In this document: positions 54,897 to 64,000 of the stretch, piece after piece | Layout: each line of letters begins with the position of its first letter | Position numbering within the stretch: the stretch's first letter is position 1 | NCBI RefSeq assembly: GCF_006345805.1 | Contig: NC_042997.1 | Span: forward strand, 73,408,001-73,472,000 | DNA length: 64,000 nucleotides | Source of the DNA: Octopus sinensis | Taxonomy: Eukaryota | Direction of reading: 5' to 3' | Made by a program: the position numbers and the translations under genes | Notes under the pieces: generated by a model | Told to the model about the DNA's origin: nothing | The model's input: the letters and a program-made list of their open reading frames with translations, nothing else | The model's database searches: none

Positions 54897-57705
54897 AAAC
54901 TATACTTGATATTGATGTCACCATAGAAACCATCAAGCAAAAGGTATCTGCTAAAGCTGCCCGCATAGCGAGGTATAAAAAGCCTGTTAGATTTTTCTAG
55001 GACAACAACATGTTAAAAAATAACCCCAAAAATGTTTACAGGAAGATAGAGAACACACCAGTTACTGTAAATTATGTACCATCAAAAGAAGAAGTACAGG
55101 GATTTTGGAATAAAATTTAAGCAGACGAAAAAACACACAACGAAAAGGACCCTTCGATTGATAGAATGAATATCTACAGACTTGGACTCCTTAGAGGAGC
55201 AAAAGTGGGAGGGTGTCAAGGTAGAAGATGTAAGATCTGCTCTCAGATAGTCAAGCAAATAGAAGTCTCCGGGAAAGGATAAAATTCCTAACTTCTGGTT
55301 GAATGCCTTCCCAGAGAGCCATGAACTGCTAACACAACTTTACAATGATGTTTTGCAACACCCTAGTAGGATGCCTCCTTGGCTAGTTAATGGTTTAACA
55401 TTCCTGCTTCCAAAAAGTGAAGAAACAAATGAACCAAAATACTATAGCCCCATAACCTGCTAAACAACTATGTATAAAACGCAAACATCTGTCCTGACGG
55501 AATATACCTATAGTTTTTTAATAGACAGCAGCATATTCCCTAATGAACAGAAAGGATGTAAACGTGGATCCTATGGTTGTAAAGATTAGCTACTCATCAA
55601 TAAGATGATCTTAGAGAATTGTCTCAAACTACACAAAAACTTGTCAATAGCCTTGATAGACTATAAAAAGGCTTTTGATAGTCACCACATAGCTGGATTA
55701 AGAAATGCCTTGGAATTGTATAAAATAGCGCCTACTCTGCGAAACATTTTGTATGTAAGTATGAGATCATGGAGAACCACACTAACTTTCAACAGTGACG
55801 ATGAACCTCTAAATGCTGGTGATGGAAAAATTTCATGTGGCATTTTCCAAGGTGACATACTATCACCAGTCCTCTTTTGTTTATCCGTAATACCTCTCTC
55901 AAAATTGCTCATTGACGCACAGTACGGATATAAAATGTTGGATGAAAATATAAATCATATCATTTACATGGATGGATTAAAGCTCTTTGCAAAAATTGAC
56001 CAACAACTCAAGGACTTACTAGCGATTGTTAAACAATTCAGTGAAGACATCAGAATGCAATTTGGCCTCGATAAATGTGCAAAAGCTGCCATTTTAAAAT
56101 CAAAAAATGACAGAAACATCTAAAGTTAACCTTGACCAGCAGAATGTCATGAAAGAGTTAGACCCAGCGGACAGCTACAAGTACCTAGGGGTAATTTAAG
56201 GGGATGGAATAAGGCATTCAACGATGAAAGGATCAGGAGAGAATGTTATCGCAGAGTAAGAGCAATTCTCAAGACAGAGCTGAATGCAAGAAACAGGATC
56301 GAAGCGATCAATGCTTTAGCCATACCAGTCGTGACTTACAGTTTCAATATCGTTAACTGGTCAATTACTGAAATATGTAATCTTGACATAAAAATACGAA
56401 AACTGCTGACAATGCATAGAATGCACCACCCTAAAGCAGATATAGAACGACTTTATCTGCCATGAAAAGAGGAAGGACGTGGACTTTTAGAACTGGCAAT
56501 AACAATGAAGATTGTTACAATTGGCTTAGACGGCTACCTGAAAAACTCTGAGGACTGGATGTTAAAACTTGTCTCAAAACATGAAAACAAGAAAGCATCA
56601 TACTCAGTAACAAAACAGGCAAAGGAATATCTAAGTGAATTCCGAATACAACAAATTTCGGAATTAGACATACGACAAACAAGCACAGAAAAAGCTAAGC
56701 ACATGAAAACCCGTGCTAAAACTGCTGCCTTAGATATTCTGAATGATAAATGGCAAGAAAAAACCTCTCAATGGCAAATACCCAAAGAGAGTGAATAATG
56801 CAGATGTTGACAAAGTCCTGACCCATCAATGGCTAATGGCCTCTGGCTTAAAATCTGAAACAGAAGGGTTTATCATAGTAGCTCAAGATCAATGCCTACC
56901 TACAAGGAACTACCAGGCCAACATATTAAAGAATGGCAGTAGCCCAGCATGTCGTGTATGTCAACAACAAAATGAAACCATTGATCATGTTGTCTCCAAG
57001 TGCAGTCTTCTTGCGCCTACAGAGTATCTCAACAGGCATGATAGAGCTGCACAATATATTCACTGGGTAATTTGCAGAAGCGTGAACTTGCCCCATGATA
57101 AAAACTGGTGGGAACACAAACCACCTCCAGTGCTTGAAAGTGACCACATCTCACTCCTCTGGAACTTCACCATTCAAACTGACAGAAAGATAGATGCGAA
57201 TAGGCCAGACATCATATTGAAAGATTTCAGACAAAAACATGCCTCCTCATTGATATGACTGTCCTAATCGATATAAACGTATCTGTCAAGACCTACCAAA
57301 AACTGAGCAAATATAAAGATCGTGAAATAGAAATCAGCAAAATGTGGAACCTGAAGACTAAAACAATACCTGTTGTCATAGGTGCCCTGGGAATGATAGC
57401 AAAAGGGGCTGATTGCTACCTAACTCAGATACCAGGAAACCCCAAAATGGCAGAAATTCAAATGATAGTGCTCATGGGAACTGCTCATATCCTACGCAAA
57501 ATACTTTCTATGTAATCTCAAGTTTTAAAACAAACATAATTTTCGTATGTTTTTTTTTAGACATTCACTAGTACAACACTAAGTACAAAACGAAATATAT
57601 GGCACTCTAGGCATAACACCAACATGAACTTCCAACTTGTTGTCTCTTGAGGTCTCAGGGTGAGACCTGGAACCAGCTTGTACAAATGTAAAGCAAAATT
57701 CAAAC

Positions 57706-57710
<5 letters not shown>
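54897..57710 (+). mobile_element. R4/Dong-like LINE, 5'-truncated, flanked by (TAA)n
   Basis: KSPGKDKIPNFWL, PKNYSPITC, LIDYKKAFDS, GIFQGDILSPVLFCL, NHIIYMDGLKLF, FGLDKCAK, ETEGFIIVAQDQ, CRVC..QNETIDHVVSKC...RHD and RPDIIL...KLSKYKD. 3' UTR then (TAA)n. Confidence 0.92.
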
Positions 57711-57784
<74 letters not shown>

Positions 57785-57785
57785 C

Positions 57786-57824
<39 letters not shown>

Positions 57825-58320
57825 TATGTATGTATGTATGTATGTATATATATGCGTATGTGTGTGTGCTGGTGGTGTGTTGCCTGTAGGTATTATGAAA
57901 TCTGTAATGTTTGTACTTGCTTTGCCTTTTATATATGAAACGAGTTTTTCATTTTTTTGTGTTTATGGCTGTAATTGTGTCTCTCTCTGTTGGTGTGTGT
58001 GGCAGTGGAAGTAGTGGTGTCGAAAGTGTTGTTGTTTGTTGTTGTGAGTGTGTGTAGTTGTTGTTGTTGTTGATGTTGGGAAGCACTATTTGTTCGTGCT
58101 TCCCCTGTGTGTCTCTTTGCTTTTCCTCCTCTTCTTCGGAGGCACTGTGTGCCACTCACCTTTCTCGGTATCAGTTCTCGCACAATCCGAGCTGTCCTGA
58201 TCCGGAAAGGGGATGGCTGTCGGGTCCGCTTCAGCAGCAGGGCGAAAAATTGTTGGTTCTGCTGGTAGCGGTGGTGTTGCTGTATCTGTTGGTGATGGTG
58301 ACGGTGTCGGTGATTCTTCT

Positions 58321-59297
58321 TCAATCATAAATATCAGGCAGTAACAACGGAAAGGTCTACTTCAAGGCAGACAGCAAAACACTAACATTTAAAAGGGACA
58401 GACGAACTTGCGAGCTGAATAAAAATAATAAAATATTGGAAACCAAAGTTTGAAGGGATAGAATCTGAGGATAGTAGAGTCACCATGGCTGGCATTTCTT
58501 AACGACGGACAGTAACGTATTGACTGTTTAACGGCTGGCGTATTTTGAACTTGATGTAAAAGAAAATTCCTAAACACCAAGTTTTGAAGTGCTTCTTTCT
58601 CACAAGAGTAGACTCACCATGGCAAGCTTTCAAAACTTCTTCATCATGGACGGCAACACATTGACGATTAAAAGGCTGGCGCTAATTTTTTAGCTTGATG
58701 TAACAGAGAATTCCTAAACACCCGCTCCTGTAAATTTTAATCACCTTCCAGCCCCATTTAGACCCCTTTTCAGATTTTGGTTAATATAACCCGATTTCAC
58801 TCAGGTCTACTCGGGCCACATTTTATAAGATGAGGAATTTTGTCCTACAAATGTATACACATTATATATATATATAACTTAAATTAGAGATAAAACCACT
58901 ATTAGGCAAATTAAACAGTGAAAAACATAACGCAAAATATAAAAATAAAAATATAATGTACAAAATATATAAAATATAAGATTTTAAAATTTAAATTATT
59001 TAAATTTAAAATTAAAATTATTAATTTATATTTATAATGTTTTTAAAATATATATAACTATCAAAAAGTATTAAAAAGTTTAATATACATAAATACAGAT
59101 ATATACACTTTGTATATATACATTATATATACATATTTATATATAGAACACACACACACATATATAAATGAACCCAATAAATATCTGATTCATAATATTT
59201 GTTCTCATGATTGCGTGGTGTTGGTGGCGATGATAATTCTGTCTATGAATGCAGATAGACGTAGAGCGAGAGAGAATGTGAAAGCGCTGTCGAAGGA
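58321..59297 (+). repeat. Left arm of a ~1-kb inverted repeat (reverse copy of the Helitron interior 60100-61280)
   Basis: TCAATCATAAATATCAGGCAG... matches the reverse complement of 61260-61280. The identical peptide MVFRNFLLHQVQN appears in ORFs 58389(-) and 61018(+). Confidence 0.9.
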
Positions 59298-59359
59298 AGC
59301 AACGTTCGGATGGTGCTTTTTACGTGCTGAAAGGAAGCAACAAAAATCATCATCTTCAT

Positions 59360-59673
59360 CATCATCATCGTTTAACGTCCGTTTTCCGTGCTAGCACGGG
59401 TTGGACAGTTTGACCGGGGTCTGGGAAGCCAGGAGGCTGCACCAGGCTCCAGTCTGATCTGGTAGTGTTTCTACAGGTGGTTGCCCTTCCTAACGCCAAC
59501 CACTGTGTGAGTGTAGTGGGTGCTTTTTCGTGCCGTCGGCACAGATGCCAGGGGGGCTGGCAGCGGCCACGATCGGTTGGTGCTTTTTACGTGCCACCGG
59601 CACAGAAGCCAGTCAAGGCGGCGCTGCAATCGGCCACGTTCGGATGGTGCTTTTTACGTGCTGAAAGGAAGCA
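59360..59673. mobile_element. Probable SINE-like repeat with GGTGCTTTT(T)ACGTG subrepeats
   Basis: GC-rich block with repeated TGGTGCTTTTTACGTGC units, bracketed by a 38-bp direct repeat (59302-59339 and 59636-59673). Confidence 0.45.
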
Positions 59674-59676
59674 GCA

Positions 59677-59729
59677 GAAAGTAACAACCACACTCTTACC
59701 CGCGCGTAGAGCGGGTCACCTTAAGCTAG
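59677..59729 (+). mobile_element. Isolated Helitron 3' terminus
   Basis: Hairpin ACCCGC-7nt-GCGGGT (59698-59716), then CACCTTAAGCTAG. Same 53-mer, with one mismatch, at 61474-61526. Confidence 0.75.
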
Positions 59730-60584
59730 TCTCTATACTATAAATCTGAAATGCGAAAAGTTTGTTTGTTTTTCTGGTTTTGGCATTGAGAACGGATTAA
59801 AGGCCACTAGAACCCGTCGGATTGACTCCAAAATTTACAGGGACATGTAAAATGAGGTGAGGATGTTAGTGGGCTACGTTAGAAATCCCCATCTTAAAAG
59901 GTGTCGATACTAGGGCCAAAAACTCACTTTGACAAGTCTAATATCATTCTTTTATGTATCTGTCTTCCTCCGTCACGCGTTCTCTTTTCCCTTCCCATCA
60001 CTTTCTATGTATAACGTTGTTTCACGGCGTCTATCTCCCTTACCTTCACTTTCTCTTTATGACGTCGTGTGACGGCGTCCTCTATCTCCCCCCCCTTCCC
60101 GCCTTCGGCAGCGCTTTCACATACTCTCTCTCTCTACGTCTGTCTGCATTCACAGACAGAATTATCATCCCCACCACCACCACCACCACCACACAATCAT
60201 GAGAACAAATATTACGAATCAGATATTTATTGGGTTAATTTATGTGTGTGTGTGTGTGTGTTCTATATAAAAATCTGTATATATAATGTATATATATAAA
60301 GTGTATATATCTGTATTTATGTATATTAAACTTTTTAAAAATTTTTGATAGTTATATATATTTAAAAAAATTATAAATATAAATTGATAGTTTTAATTTT
60401 AAATTTAAATAATTTAAATTTTTAAATTTTATATTTTATATATTTTGTACGTTATATTTTTATTTTTATGTTTTGGGTTATGTTTTTCACTGTTTAATTT
60501 GTTTAATAGTGGTTTTATCTCCAATTTAATTTATATATATATATATATATATAATTTGTATACATTTGTATATATAATGCGTAT

Positions 60585-60646
<62 letters not shown>

Positions 60647-61526
60647 CGTGTGCATTATGTGGTCGGTTTTGCTGAAAACATACACACCTATGTTAAAAGT
60701 GCTGGCAAGTTTGCATGACAACTATTTTTTCCTCAAATGAAAGGCGTCACCTCTAGGACAAAATTCATCTTATAAAATGTGGCCCGAGTAGACCCAAATA
60801 AAATCGGGTTATATTAACCAAAATGTGAAAAGGGGTCTAAATGGGGCTGGAAGGTGATTAAAATTTACAGGAGCGGGTGTTTAGGAATTCTCTGTTACAT
60901 CAAGCTAAAAAATTTGCGCTAGCCTTTAAATCGTCAATGTGTTGTTGTTGATGATGAAGAAGTTTTGAAAGCTTGCCATGGTAAGTCTACTGTCGTGAGA
61001 AAGAAGCACTTCAAAACTTGGTGTTTAGGAATTTTCTTTTACATCAAGTTCAAAATTTTATGCCAGCCGTTAAACTGCCACTACGTTACTGTCCTTCGTT
61101 AAGAAATGCCAGCCATGGTGACTCTACTATCTTCAGGTTCTATCCCTTCAAACTTTGGTTTCCAATATTTTATTATTTTTATTCAGCTCGCAAGTTCGTC
61201 TGTCCCTTTTAAATGTTAGTGTTTTGCTGTCTGCCTTGAAGCAGACCTTTCCGTTGTTACTGCCTGATATTTATGATTGATCTTTCAAAATATTTTACTT
61301 TCTCAACTTACTCAAGATCTTTTGTTGTTTATAAATGGGAGATAGATAGATAGAGAAAGATAGAGAGTAAGAGAAAGCGAGGGAGATTCCGAGAGAAAGC
61401 AAGAGTAAGAGAGTGGGAAAGTGAGAGAGAAAGGAGAGAGAAACAAAGAGGGAGAATGTCGTGATAAAAAATAGAAAGTAACAACCACACTCTTACCCGC
61501 GCGTAGAGCGGCTCACCTTAAGCTAG
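59730..61526 (+). mobile_element. Complete non-autonomous Helitron (second family)
   Basis: Starts TCTCTATACTATAAATCTGAAATG (5' TC) and ends with a hairpin plus CTAG at 61523-61526, followed by T. Confidence 0.7.
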
Positions 61527-61608
61527 TTTATACTATATATTCTATATCCTACATTAATATTATAAAGAATATAAATAAAACATAAAAAGCATACTTGGAA
61601 TTTCTTTG

Positions 61609-61643
<35 letters not shown>

Positions 61644-62174
61644 TAAGGAAATAATTTTGTACTCAAGTGGAGGATAATCTAATAATATAGCATGAACAGG
61701 TTAAACTATCCATATTTTGCAGAACAGTCTCTCGGCGGCCAGCCATGAAATTCGAAATTACATCCCTGTGATTAGGCATCAAGTGCTTTACCAACAGGCT
61801 AGCGACAAATTCTTCTGCAATTTTAAGATACATAAATCTAGCTTTATAAGACGCCATCGGACGTTAAATTCAACTTAACGTTGAAAGTCAATTAAATTTG
61901 CTTTAGAAGCGTTGAGATGTATTGAAAGATACAGATAAGGAAATAATTTTATTTTCAAATGCAGGATACTGCTAATATTTTTAGCTATGAGATTATGGGT
62001 GTGTAGGTAGTCATGAATGGAGAAACCAGTTGAATGTTAAATTATTTAGGAATAAGAGTTAGAACTAAATATTAGGGGATTTTATAGGTTAATGTTTAAA
62101 AATGAATTAAGGGTAAGGTTAATAGAGGAGATATACATGGGTAATATACATGGGTACCTGTATGTGAGTGTTAT

Positions 62175-62645
62175 GCGTGGGGAGTAAATTTACATTTGGA
62201 TTTATGGAAGAATTTAAAAGTGCGGAAGAATTTGTGTTTACATGTTGTGAAGGCTTCGTTTTGTTTGTTAAGCCATTGCGGTGAGTTATGGTTTCAAATT
62301 TTGAGGGCTTCTTTTAGACAGAGTCCATAAGTGGAGCACTGGCCCTGATATGGGATGCTAGAATCTATTATAGCCTAGGATAACCTATATTGTATTTTTC
62401 TATTAATTAGATGGTGTACGTGGCTGGCTAGTGATGTGGAATTGCTATGCTCTATATATCTAAACGAGTTCAAATGTGCATAATATGTACTTAAAATTTG
62501 TATAATCCAATATAGTAACTATTGGAGTTATTTACTATGTTGCGAACGGTGTATTGGTATGCGACGTTGAATCTTCTGCAATGGGCTTGCAGCGGGCAGT
62601 CGGTCCCAGATCTGCAGTTGCAGCTATCAGTTCTACAATGGTTAG
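62175..62645 (-). pseudogene. Penelope-like element, GIY-YIG endonuclease remnant
   Basis: SCNCRSGTDCPLQAHCRRFNVAYQYTV...YYIGL, then (shifted) HLNSFRY...NSTSLASHVHHL...CLKEALKI...LNKQNEAFTTCKHK. Confidence 0.85.
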
Positions 62646-62775
62646 TTGAAGAGAGGGATAAGGTAGTGCTACGAGTAAGGCAAGCTAAACGCTAAGGTTG
62701 TATTAGATTAATCGTTCATGATATTGCTGTTATCTTTGCCGTTATTTCAATAAACAATATCAACGCTATCGTTGC

Positions 62776-62859
<84 letters not shown>

Positions 62860-63228
62860 ATTGTCATTATTGTTATCGCCATCTTTACAGCAATTACCCA
62901 CCGTACCTAGTCTTTTACATCAGCCGTGAACTAAACCCCCATATTTTGTGTATATATGTGTGTGTGTGTGTGTGTGTAAGTATATATATATATATATGTG
63001 TGTGTATATAAAAAGAAAAACATGTTTGATACTCACAGACCTAGGTTTCTGGGGAGTTACCCGTCCATGTATGTATATATGTATGTATTCTGTCATTATA
63101 GCTGTGAATCCAGAAAATAATAGTGGTGCAACTTTCTATAGCTTCTCCGGAGCCACTAAAATGAAGAGTATATTTATTTGGGAAAGTATTTATAATAGAG
63201 TTTGTTACATTCAGAACGATATGTATCG

Positions 63229-63263
<35 letters not shown>

Positions 63264-64000
63264 TGCAGCGTGGAAGGTGTTTATAAGCCATTTAAGAAAC
63301 ACACAAAAGCCGTTCGATTCACTTCAACATTTAAGTTTAATTTGTCAAAATATTTTCGTCGCTAAAATCCGCGACCTGTTCACTGACAAAGTCCGTGCTG
63401 CATCTAAGAAAGTAACAGTTAGTTCGTCATATATATGTACGTATGTATGTGTGTATGTATGCATACATGTGTGTATGTATGTACGTATGCATGTACGCAC
63501 ATACGCCTGTGTATGCATGTATGTATGTATGTATGTATGTATGTATGTATGTATGTATGTATGTATGTATGTATGTATGTATGTATGTATGTATGTGTGT
63601 GTATATGCACGCACATACACTCTATAAAACATAAAGCTATAAACCTGTAGCGATGGATGGATGTAGAGTGACCACGCATCACAAAGCTATCAAATTTCAA
63701 CTTCCTACGGCCGAAGCTAGAAAGTGATTTATGACGCTTACTCCCAAAACTATACCCTAAAATCTATTATCAGATTTTTATCTCTATATCACAGAACTAA
63801 TGTTTTACTATTGTGCGTATGTATGTATGTATGTGCGCATGTATGTATGTATGTATGTATGTATGTATGTATGTATGTATGTATGTATGTGTGTATGTAT
63901 GTGTGTATGTACATACGTACACATGTGCGTATGTATGTATACGGGCTCGTGTGCATGTGCCCATGTATGTGTGTGCGTACATGTACGTGCGTATGTACGT

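Overview
AT-rich eukaryotic DNA saturated with microsatellites and decayed transposable elements. The tRNA-headed SINE family and the repeat mix look like a coleoid cephalopod (Octopus-like); this is recognition from memory, not a database result. Almost all ORFs in the supplied track are artefacts of simple repeats or fragments of TE pseudogenes. Supported content: two Helitron clusters (one with a PIF1-type helicase C-terminal remnant), CR1-like and Tx1/L1-like LINE remnants, a near full-length HERO-like (R2 group) LINE with extra copies of its 3' end, many R4/Dong-like LINE pieces stacked in (TAA)n tracts, three Penelope-like (PLE) fragments (RT thumb, linker, GIY-YIG), two mariner and one Tc1/maT-like transposon, several MITE or foldback elements and many SINEs. 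A few phase-compatible candidate host exons lie at 18.9-27.6 kb (minus strand, possibly an Ig-like domain), with a weaker plus-strand set nested between them. I found no intact protein-coding system and cannot support a new multi-gene system. The best leads are structural: a foldback element carrying two degenerate minimal hammerhead ribozymes, head-to-tail Helitron junctions with inverted internal arms, and an unexplained ~0.5 kb repeat bounded by (TAA)n.
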